A stretch of DNA of 64,000 nt from Phyllobates terribilis (lineage: Eukaryota). The position numbers and the translations under genes were made by a program. Of the stretch, positions 10,039 through 19,631 are shown piece by piece. Where the stretch lies: NCBI RefSeq assembly GCF_046119375.1, contig NW_027362762.1, forward strand, positions 928,388,001 to 928,452,000, given 5' to 3'. Position 1 is the first letter of the stretch; each line of letters opens with the position of its first letter. Below the pieces are notes generated by a model. It did no database searches, was not told the origin of the DNA, and was given only the letters and a program-made list of their open reading frames with translations.

Positions 10039-11239
10039 TGACGCGCCCCCTGGGACATATTCCTTTTTGAGGGGAATACCCGGCACCGGATCAGATGGGG
10101 GGTTGTAGTCTCCGAGCGGCTGTGACCCGGTCCCGTGCCCAGGGCGTCAAGCTCAGTGTTATGTGGCAGCTTTACAGATGTTACTAAAGTTCTTTTGTGT
10201 CGACTACGCCACCCGTTGTGATGCGGACACTGTGGCCGCCGCTGCTGCAGGGTCCGCTGAGGCTGATGGTGGGTGCGCAGCTTGGTGGGATAACCCCCAA
10301 CGGGAGGGGTATAGCCTCAGAGGGGACAGGCGCAGAGGATGGGGGTTGTGGTGGTGCGATGCAGCCGGCAATGAAGACAGACTCGGGTTGTGCAGTTAAG
10401 GGTGTTTACTTACTGCTGATGTTGTACTGGTCACTCCAGCTGCTAGTGACCACCCGAGCCGTGCTGCGTCCACCAGGTCCTGGATCTGGCCAACCCCCAA
10501 ACAAGTCCAGAGCGTGGCCCTGAGCTCTCCCTCTGTCCTTTCTTCAGCCGTCCCCACCAGTGATTCACCTAGGTCCAGCTCCCTCGGGCCTTCTTTTGGG
10601 ACACCCTTGGCCCTGGGTTCCCTGACCCTTCATGTGGTGTGCCTTCGGGGTGAATGTGGTGGGTGACCGTGACAGACACTGCCCACGGTCTCCGGTCTCT
10701 GGCTGGGGAATGTCTTTGCCCCCACCAGCTTGGGTTCCGGTACCCTCTTGCTGACTCCTCACCCGGTGCTCTAATTTGGGTTCTTGGGTCCCTTCAGTCT
10801 TCCCCCTCTGGGTCTTTCTCTGCTCCACTCTCTCTCTCTCCAGGGCTGCTGTTTCCTTCTCTCTCCTCTCCAACTGACTTGTTCTCAGCGTCTGACCCTG
10901 ATCTAAGTTGGTGCCCTCCTTATATATCCCTCTATGTGTGAGCTCAGGTGACCAGCACCCAATGAGCTCCTATCACTACCCAGACTGCTCCCCCTATCTG
11001 CCCCTACACTACATGGGATGTACCACCCCCCTCCCACTCCAGCCAGGAACAGGCTCGGTTGTACCTGCACATTTCTAAGTGGGAGTACCGTCGGCCTGCT
11101 CCTCTGGAATGGGATGTATGTAGTGCATGCAGTCTATCTGAGCTCAGTTCCACACTCCTTCCTTACCCGGGAGTGGAATATCACACCTCTGGGTTGAGGT
11201 GCAATACCCCTGTAGCAGCCGAATCCTCAGGGTGCTACA
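10039..11239 (-). repeat. 3' LTR of the non-autonomous element
   Basis: TG...CA ends; AGTAAA poly(A)-type signal at 10405-10410 and TATATAA at 10920-10926 (minus strand). Confidence 0.95.
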
Positions 11240-11254
11240 TTCCCCCCTGGTAAA
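11240..11254 (-). promoter_or_regulatory. Polypurine tract
   Basis: TTTACCAGGGGGGAA abuts the LTR TG; the same 15-mer occurs at 25871-25885. Confidence 0.85.
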
Positions 11255-11753
11255 TCACAGCACGTCCTCGGGCTGTAAGACATAAAACACCAAAACATAC
11301 AAAATTTTTATATGAACATATAAAACATATAAACATTATATATATATAAAACTTTTTATATAAACATTCTCGTAGACTTCTCTTGTCTCTGGTTCCTCCT
11401 CCGGACACTGTGCAACGTGTGTCCGGGAAAAGTGCGACAGTCTCTTAGAAAAATCTGGTTTTCTTATAAAACCGGTAGGGGGCGCTTTAGGACGCGCAAC
11501 TATATACAGGGGAAGTTGGAAGTTGGCCGCTCTCAGTCCTCGGCCAGGTAGAGGAAAGGGAATGGCTGCTCACAGTCCTCAGCCTGTAGGATGAAGGGGT
11601 TAACGGGTAAAACAGTTCACTGGTCCCAACGGGGACTATTTTAGCAGCAACAGTTTCAGTTTCTATATACCCCGATTGGGTAACTATTTACAGCTCCTTC
11701 TCTGCCGCACTCAACGGCGTCTTCCTCCTGCTCTTTCTTGATATGATGTTTCT

Positions 11754-13163
11754 TCAGACCCGTCCGGGTCCTCTTGTGATGGGCGCGGTGGTGTTAGCAC
11801 CCGGGTTGCCCGGGCCTTGCGGCCAGGCCTGGGGTATCTGGAAGGTGAAGGGCACCGTAAGAACGGCGGCGCCCTGGGCTACCTGGCCTTGCGGCCAGGC
11901 CGGAGGCTCCGCGGAGGTAGGGGGCGCTGTTGGTGATGCGGCGCCCGGGGGTACTAGGCCTTGCGACCAGGCTGGTGGTATTTCCTGCTTTGTCACGCTC
12001 CGGGTCGAGGCGCGTGACGTCACAGGGGTCGCTGCGGCGGCTTCCGGTCGGGGCCTAGTCCATTGCGGTGACGTGGCGGCTACGGGCACAGCAGGGGGAC
12101 TTTCGGGCTCTGCGACGGGGAGCTGGGGCAGGTGGACGGTTTCTCGGCTTGGGGTATAGGCGTCCCCTTTACCTGCCTCCATGCGTTCGGCTCCCTTCTC
12201 GGCGCCGTCTCCGGCCTTGGGTCCTCCCGCGCCATCCTCAGAGGCGGTCTGCTTCCTCTTCCAGGGTAGCGTGCTCCGTTGACTGGTCTCAGCTTGCTGG
12301 GTCATCTCCCGGCTCCACTCCGCCAGTATCTCGCGCTGTACCCGGGCCATCCTCCTTGCGAGGCCCTCCAGGGCAGTTTGTGCACACTCCCGGTCTCGGG
12401 GGAGCTGCGCTAGGATCTCCGCTAGACCTAGCGGGGTTGTGGACTCTAGCAGGCTCCTGACCATCGGGTCGGTGCTGCTCTGCTCGGCTTCCGGCAGGCT
12501 CCTGGCCAGCGGGCCGGTGCTGCTCTGCCCTCCTTCCTCGGTCTCTAGCAGACTCCTGGCCAGCGGGCCGGTGCTGTTCTGCTTTCTTTCCATCTCCGGG
12601 TGAGCTTCTCCGCTACTCCTTGTTAGACCTCTTGCCTCCGGGTGCGCTCGCTCCAGACTCCTCCAAGCGACACCCATCTTTTCTCTTCTCTTTCGTCTCC
12701 TCCCACTTCGAGGGCGGTCCCGGGGCAACTCGGTGACTGTCAGCTCCAGGGGGAGTTCTTTCACGCTGACAGACACCTCCAGCATCACAGTCTCTGTTGG
12801 TGGGGGCGGTTTCCACTTTTGGCGCCATTTTCTGTCCCTGCCCACGATGGGATGTGGCCTCTTGCCCTCCTTTGGCACGCCCATAATGGCGTCCGCTGCT
12901 CTTCCAAGGCGGGAAATCTGCGGTTTTGGCGGGAAGCGTCGCCCAGTGGCGGGAAACTCTGCAGATGGCGGGAACAAGCTGGAAATGGCGGACAATCGGC
13001 GGGAAACGACTGGTGATGGAGTCCGATGGCGTGGACCCTCCGGAACCGGCAGGAGTCTTCTTTCTGAGGTAAACTTGCACTTTTCTTCAGGCACGCAGTA
13101 CCCGGTTGTTGTGGGCACGTAATCCTGCCGACTACGCCAAAGTTGACGCGCCCCCTGGGACAT
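11754..13163 (-). CDS. 469-aa ORF of unknown function (R/P/A-rich, internal repeats, short coiled-coil-like stretch)
   Basis: ORF track; the only long ORF in the element's sense direction. The ATG lies in U5 and the frame reads through the PBS; the first internal Met is at ~12884. Confidence 0.45.
   Translation of the reverse strand: MSQGARQLWRSRQDYVPTTTGYCVPEEKCKFTSERRLLPVPEGPRHRTPSPVVSRRLSAISSLFPPSAEFPATGRRFPPKPQISRLGRAADAIMGVPKEGKRPHPIVGRDRKWRQKWKPPPPTETVMLEVSVSVKELPLELTVTELPRDRPRSGRRRKRREKMGVAWRSLERAHPEARGLTRSSGEAHPEMERKQNSTGPLARSLLETEEGGQSSTGPLARSLPEAEQSSTDPMVRSLLESTTPLGLAEILAQLPRDRECAQTALEGLARRMARVQREILAEWSREMTQQAETSQRSTLPWKRKQTASEDGAGGPKAGDGAEKGAERMEAGKGDAYTPSRETVHLPQLPVAEPESPPAVPVAATSPQWTRPRPEAAAATPVTSRASTRSVTKQEIPPAWSQGLVPPGAASPTAPPTSAEPPAWPQGQVAQGAAVLTVPFTFQIPQAWPQGPGNPGANTTAPITRGPGRV
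13122..13139 (-). promoter_or_regulatory. Primer binding site, tRNA-Ser(AGA/TGA)-type
   Basis: Plus strand ATCCTGCCGACTACGCCA matches the recalled 3' end of vertebrate tRNA-Ser-AGA plus CCA; lies 4 nt from the LTR. Confidence 0.9.
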
Positions 13164-14344
13164 ATTCCTTTTTGAGGGGAATACCCGGCACCGGATCAGA
13201 TGGGGGGTTGTAGTCTCCGAGCGGCTGTGACCCGGTCCCGTGCCCAGGGCGTCAAGCTCAGTGTTATGTGGCAGCTTTACAGATGTTACTAAAGTTCTTT
13301 TGTGTCGACTACGCCACCCGTTGTGATGCGGACACTGTGGCCGCCGCTGCTGCAGGGTCCGCTGAGGCTGATGGTGGGTGCGCAGCTTGGTGGGATAACC
13401 CCCAACGGGAGGGGTATAGCCTCAGAGGGGACAGGCGCAGAGGATGGGGGTTGTGGTGGTGCGATGCAGCCGGCAATGAAGACAGACTCGGGTTGTGCAG
13501 TTAAGGGTGTTTACTTACTGCTGATGTTGTACTGGTCACTCCAGCTGCTAGTGACCACCCGAGCCGTGCTGCGTCCACCAGGTCCTGGATCCGGCCAACC
13601 CCCAAACAAGTCCAGAGCGTGGCCCTGAGCTCTCCCTCTGTCCTTTCTTCAGCCGTCCCCACCAGTGATTCACCTAGGTCCAGCTCCCTCGGGCCTTCTT
13701 TTGGGACACCCTTGGCCCTGGGTTCCCTGACCCTTCATGTGGTGTGCCTTCGGGGTGAATGTGGTGGGTGACCGTGACAGACACTGCCCACGGTCTCCGG
13801 TCTCTGGCTGGGGAATGTCTTTGCCCCCACCAGCTTGGGTTCCGGTACCCTCTTGCTGACTCCTCACCCGGTGCTCTAATTTGGGTTCTTGGGTCCCTTC
13901 AGTCTTCCCCCTCTGGGTCTTTCTCTGCTCCACTCTCTCTCTCTCCAGGGCTGCTGTTTCCTTCTCTCTCCTCTCCAACTGACTTGTTCTCAGCGTCTGA
14001 CCCTGATCTAAGTTGGTGCCCTCCTTATATATCCCTCTATGTGTGAGCTCAGGTGACCAGCACCCAATGAGCTCCTATCACTACCCAGACTGCTCCCCCT
14101 ATCTGCCCCTACACTACATGGGATGTACCACCCCCCTCCCACTCCAGCCAGGAACAGGCTCGGTTGTACCTGCACATTTCTAAGTGGGAGTACCGTCGGC
14201 CTGCTCCTCTGGAATGGGATGTATGTAGTGCATGCAGTCTATCTGAGCTCAGTTCCACACTCCTTCCTTACCCGGGAGTGGAATATCACACCTCTGGGTT
14301 GAGGTGCAATACCCCTGTAGCAGCCGAATCCTCAGGGTGCTACA
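13144..14344 (-). repeat. 5' LTR of the non-autonomous element
   Basis: Near-identical to 10039-11239 (one T/C difference noticed, at 10487 vs 13592); TATATAA at 14025-14031. Confidence 0.95.
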
Positions 14345-15286
14345 TATACATATTCACCTAATCCAGGCTCACCATCCTCACAGTCTCTATCTCATCTTCT
14401 ATCTTGTGTAACAGTGGACGCAGGCTGCACGATGCAGTGATGTCATCCATCTCGTCCAATGTCCCCTGTGTGGTGCCAGCCTCCAACAGGCTGCAAGTCC
14501 GAAGTAGCCTTTGGCCTGCCGGAGTAACCAGTGGAGCAGAGAGTTGGCTAAAGCTCCTCTGTCCCTGTCCTGGGCAGCGATCACATTTTCAATTATATTC
14601 GGAAATTAGGGAGGTTATATTGGCTTGGGTGCAGGTAGAGAGAGTGGTAAGTGATGTTAGTTCCAGGGGATCAGTGGCAGTGGAGATTGTAAAAGTGACA
14701 TTAAGTACAGTATTTTGTGGATTATAACACGCAATGTCTTATAGTTCGAATGTATCTGGCTGTTGCTGTGGGGAGAGGGCGGCTGTGGAGGAGCGGGTCA
14801 CAGGAGGCAGGTGCAGGGTCACAGGAGGAAGGATCCGGTGCTGGGGCTAACACATGTGCTCTCTATTAATGAATATGCACTGCTCCCCACACCCATAATC
14901 CCACCCACCTCTCTGCACTGAAGACCGTGCCAAGATATGTGTGGGACTATGGGCGTGGGGAGCAGTGAATATTCATTTTCTTTAATAGTGGGTACACGTG
15001 TTGGCCGCAGCCGCCAGCTTCCTGCAACGGCTACGTGATCACGTGTGTCCGCAATTAAGGAAAATAAATATTTACTGCTCCCCACGCCCATAGTCTCGGG
15101 CGTGGGGAGCAGTGAATATTCCGGCAGCTGTCGTCGGTGCGTGGGGGCGCATGGCATTGACGTCATACGCTGCGCTGCTTACAAGGTGAAGTCAGTAGAC
15201 GGCATCAGAAGAGGACGCCTCGCTGCGAGGGAGCGGAGGGAAGGTGAGTAGAATCGTTTATTCTTTTATTTGAGATGGGGGACCTA

Positions 15287-16916
15287 CAGTACAGACCAAA
15301 AGTTTGGACACACCTTCTCATTTAAAGATTTTTCTGTATTTTCATGACTATGAAAATTATACATTCACACTGAAGGCATCAAAACTATGAATTAACACAT
15401 GTGGAATTATATACTTAACAAAAAAGTGTGAAACAACTGAAAATATGTCTTATATTCTAGGTTCTTCAAAGTAGCCACCTTTTACTTTGATGACTGCTTT
15501 GCACGCTCTTGGCATTCTCTTGATGAGCTTCAAGAGGTAGTCACCGGAAATGGTCTTCCAACAATCTTGAAGGAGTTCCCAGAGATGCTTAGCACTTGTT
15601 GGCCCTTTTGCCTTCACTCTGCGGTCCAGCTCACCCCAAACCATCTCGATTGGGTTCAGGTCTGGTGACTGTGGAGGCCAGGTCATCTGGTGTAGCACCC
15701 CATCACTCTGCTTCTTGGTCAAATAGCCCTTACACAGCCTGGAGGTGTGTTTGGGGTCATTGTCCTGTTGAAAAATAAATGATGGTCCAACTAAACGCAA
15801 ACCGGATGGAATAGCATGCCGCTGCAAGATGCTGTGGTAGTTATGCAGGTTCGGTATGCCTGCAATTTTGAATAAATCCCCAACAGTGTCACCAGCAAAG
15901 CACCCCCACACCATCACACCTCCTCCTCCATGCTTCACGGTGGGAACCAGGCATGTAGAGTCCATCCGTTCACCTTTTCTGCATTGCACAAAGACACGGT
16001 GGTTGGAACCAAAGATCTGAAATTTGGACTCATCAGACCAAAGCACAGATTTCCACTGGTCTAATGTCCATTCCTTGTGTTCATTAGCCCAAACAAGTCT
16101 CTTCTGCTTGTTGCCTGTCCTTAGCAGTGGTTTCCTAGCAGCTATTTTACCATGAAGGCCTGCTGCACAAAGTCTCCTCTTAACAGTTGTTGTAGAGATG
16201 TGTCTGCTGCTAAAACTCTGTGTGGCATTGACCTGGTCTCTAATCGGAGCTGCTGTTAACCTGCGATTTCTGAGGCTGGTGACTCGGATAAACTTATCCT
16301 CAGAAGCAGAGGTGACTCTTGGTCTTCCTTTCCTGGGGCGGTCCTCATGTGAGCCAGTTTCTTTGTAGCGCTTGATGGTTTTTGCAACTGCACTTGGGGA
16401 CACTTTCAAAGTTTGCCCAATTTTTCGGACTGACTGACCTTCATTTCTTAAAGTAATGATGGCCACTTGTTTTTCTTTACTTGGCTGCTTTTTTCTTGCC
16501 ATAATACAAATTCTAGCAGTCTATTCAGTATGAATATCAGCTGTGTATCCACCTGACTTCTGCACAACACAACTGATGGTCCCAACCCCATTTATAAGGC
16601 AAGAAATCCCACTTATTAAACCTGACAGGGCACACCTGTGAAGTGAAAACCATTTCCGGTGACTACCTCTTGAAGCTCATCAAGAGAATGCCAAGAGTGT
16701 GCAAAGCAGTCATCAAAGCAAAAGGTGGCTACTTTGAAGAACCTAGAATATAAGGCATATTTTCAGTTGTTTCACACTTTTTTGTTAAGTATATAATTCC
16801 ACATGTGTTAATTCATAGTTTTGATGCCTTCAGTGTGAATGTACAATTTTCATAGTCATGAAAATACAGAAAAATCTTTAAATGAGAAGGTGTGTCCAAA
16901 CTTTTGGTCTGTACTG
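15287..16916 (-). mobile_element. Tc1/mariner transposon with DD38E (Intruder-type) spacing, full length (1630 bp)
   Basis: TA TSDs; 268-bp TIRs (15287-15554 and 16649-16916) with ~4 mismatches; intact transposase. Confidence 0.95.
15450..16502 (-). CDS. Intact transposase, 350 aa, DD38E catalytic triad
   Basis: GRPR linker, [18 protein letters not shown] and [11 protein letters not shown] motifs; 38 residues counted between the second D and the E. Confidence 0.95.
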   Translation of the reverse strand: MARKKQPSKEKQVAIITLRNEGQSVRKIGQTLKVSPSAVAKTIKRYKETGSHEDRPRKGRPRVTSASEDKFIRVTSLRNRRLTAAPIRDQVNATQSFSSRHISTTTVKRRLCAAGLHGKIAARKPLLRTGNKQKRLVWANEHKEWTLDQWKSVLWSDESKFQIFGSNHRVFVQCRKGERMDSTCLVPTVKHGGGGVMVWGCFAGDTVGDLFKIAGIPNLHNYHSILQRHAIPSGLRLVGPSFIFQQDNDPKHTSRLCKGYLTKKQSDGVLHQMTWPPQSPDLNPIEMVWGELDRRVKAKGPTSAKHLWELLQDCWKTISGDYLLKLIKRMPRACKAVIKVKGGYFEEPRI

Positions 16917-17144
16917 TATATACCAGGATGGGGGGACATATATACCAGAAAGGGAGCCATATATACCAGGATGAGGATCATATATACCAGGATGGGGATC
17001 ATATACTGTATACCAGGATGGGGATCATATATACCAGAATGGGGGCCATATATACCAGGATGGGGATCATATACTGTATACCAGGATGGGGATCATATAT
17101 ACCAGGATGGGGGCCATATATACCAGGATGAGGATTATATATAA
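16917..17144. repeat. 22-bp minisatellite (TATACCAGGATGGGG..CATA), resuming at 19632-19770 after the Helitron
   Basis: Tandem units visible directly; the array is split by the Helitron insertion. Confidence 0.9.
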
Positions 17145-19631
17145 CTAGATGGTGGCCCGATTCTAATGCATCGGGTATTCTAGAATAGGTATGCAGCCGA
17201 GCGGTATTTATATTTGGCGCCAAAATCGCTGATTGGTCGAGGCCGGCAACCGCGACCAATTAGCTAAGCGGTGTTAAAATTTGGCACCTATATCGCAGAT
17301 TGGTCACGGCCGGCGGTCGCGGCTAATCAGCAGAGCGGGGTTTAAATTTGGCGCCAATAATGCTGATTGGTCGCGGCCAGCGAACGCGACCAATCAACAG
17401 AGCGGGGTTTAAATTTGGCGGCAATAATGCTGATTGATTGCGGCCGGCGGTCGCGACCAATCAGCAGAGCGTTATTTAAATTTGGCGCCAATAATGGTGA
17501 TTGGTCACGGCCGCGACTAATCAGCAGAGCGGTGTTTAAATATGGTGCCAATATCGCTGATTGGTCGCGGCCGGCCACCACGACCAATCAGCGAAGCGGT
17601 GTTTAAATTTGGCGCCAATATCGCTGATTGGTCACGGCCGGTGGTTGCGACTAATCAGCAGAGCGAGGTTTAAATTTGGCGCCAATACTGCTGATTGGTC
17701 GCGGCCGGCGACCAATCAGCAGAGCGGTGTTTAAATTTGGCGCCAATATTGCTGATTGGTCGCTGCCGGAGACCGCAACTAATCAGCAGAGCGAGGTTTA
17801 AATTTGGCGCCAATACTGCTTATTGGTCGCGGCCGGCGACCGCGACCAATCAGCAGAGCGGTGTTTCAAATTGGCACCAAAATCGCTGATTGGTCGCGGC
17901 CGGCCACCGCAACCAATCAGCAGAGCGTTGTTTAAATTTGGCGCCAATCTCGCTGATTGGTCGCGTCTGGTGTCAGCGACCAATCAGCAGAGTGTTGTTT
18001 AAATTTGGCGCCAATCTCGCTGATTGGTCGCGTCTGGCGTCCGCGAAAAAAAGAGAAGAGCGTTGTTTACATTTGGCGGCAATCGCGCTGATTGGTAGCG
18101 GTCACCGGCGGCCGCGACCAATCAGCACAGCGGTGTTTACATTTGCCGCCCGTCTCGCTGATTGGTCGCGGCCGGCCACCACGACCAATGAGCAGAGCGG
18201 CGTTTAAATTTGCCGCCCATCTCGCTGATTGGTCGCGGTCGGCCACCGCGACCAATGAGCAGAGCGGCGTTTAAATTTGCAGCCTATTTCGCTGATTGGT
18301 CGCGGCCGGCGACCGCGACCAATCAGCAGAGCGGCGTTTAAATTTGCCGCCGATATCGCTAATTGGTCGCGGTGGCCGGCCGTGACCAATCAGCAGAGCG
18401 GCGTATAAATTTGCCGTCCATCTCGCTGATTGGTCGCGGTGGCCGGCCGCGATGAATCAGCAGAGCGGCGTTTAAATTTGCCGCCCATCTCGATCATTGG
18501 TCGCGGCCGGCCACCGCGACCAATCAGCAGAGCGGCGTTTAAATTTGCCGGCCATCTCGCTGATTGGTCGCGGTGGCTGGCTGCGACCAATCAGCAGAGC
18601 GGTGTTTAAATTTGCCGCCCATCTCGCTGATTGGTCGCGGTAGCCGGCCGCGACCAATCAGCAGAGCGGCGTTTAAATTTGCCGCCCATCTCGCTGATTG
18701 GTCGCGGTGGCCGGCCGTGACCAATCAGCGAGATGGGCGGCAAATTTAAACGCCGCTCTGCTGATTGGTCGCGGTGGCCGGCTACCGCGACCAATCAGCG
18801 AGATGGGCGGCAAATGTAGACGCCGCTGTGCTGATTGGTCGCGGTGGCCGGCCGTGACCAATCAGCACAGCGGCGTCTACATTTGCCGCCCATCTCGCTG
18901 ATTGGTCGCGGTCGGCCAGCCACCGCGACCAATCAGCAGAGGGGCATTTAAATCTGCCGCCCATCTCGCTCATTGGTCGCGGTGGCCACCGCGACCAATC
19001 AGCAGAGCGGTGTTTAAATTTGACGCCCATCTCGCTGATTGGTCACGGCCGGCCACCGCGAGCAATCAGCAGAGCGGCGTTTAAATTTGCCGCCCATCTC
19101 GCTGATTGGTCGCAGTTGGCCGGCCACCGCGAGCAATCAGCAGAGCGGCGTTTAAATTTGTCGCCCATCTCGCTGATTGGTCGCAGCCGGCCACCGAGAC
19201 CAATCAGCGTCGTATTAGTGTGGGACCGGGAGCGGCGCTGCTTGTGCGGCTCCGTATTAGCGAGGACCGGGGAGCGGTGCTGCCTGTGCGGCTCCTTCTG
19301 CTGCGAGAAGCCAGGAGATGAGCGGCTGCTCGCAGCAGAAGCATCCCGACCGGCGGCGCCGCTCCCCGGTCCTCCGTTCACACTTGCCAAGCCGCTGATC
19401 TTCCGACGTTAGCCACATGGAGGTCAGCGGCGCCGGTTGGGGTAGTTGTGCTGCTAGCGCCGCTCATCTCCCCACTGCATCGCCGCTGACCTCCGTCCGC
19501 CAAATGAGCCGCTAATGGCCGCCATCTTTTTTCAGAAATCCCGCGGCGCTGATTGGCCGCTGCCGGACCAATGAGCGACGCGAGATTTCCAGGACAGACA
19601 GACAGACAGACAGACGGGATTATATAGTAGA
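17145..19631 (-). mobile_element. Non-autonomous Helitron (2487 bp), same family as 8125-10032, ~30 satellite units
   Basis: Reverse-complement hairpin plus CTAG at 17145-17175; TC start at 19631; same internal palindrome and 67-bp array (~17210-19210). Confidence 0.9.

Larger units (their letters stand above)
10039..14344 (-). mobile_element. Young non-autonomous Gypsy-type LTR retrotransposon (4306 bp, no pol)
   Basis: Two 1201-bp LTRs; TSD TATA (10035-10038 and 14345-14348); PBS at 13122-13139; PPT at 11240-11254; no protease, RT or integrase motifs in the 1.9-kb interior. Confidence 0.95.

Noticed and set aside
13122-13139. tRNA gene
   Set aside because: Only the 18-nt 3'-end match including CCA is present, next to an LTR; these are PBSs (also 766-783 and 31813-31830), not tRNA genes.
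16839-17144. Y/I/P/G/W-rich ORFs
   Set aside because: Translations of the 22-bp minisatellite.
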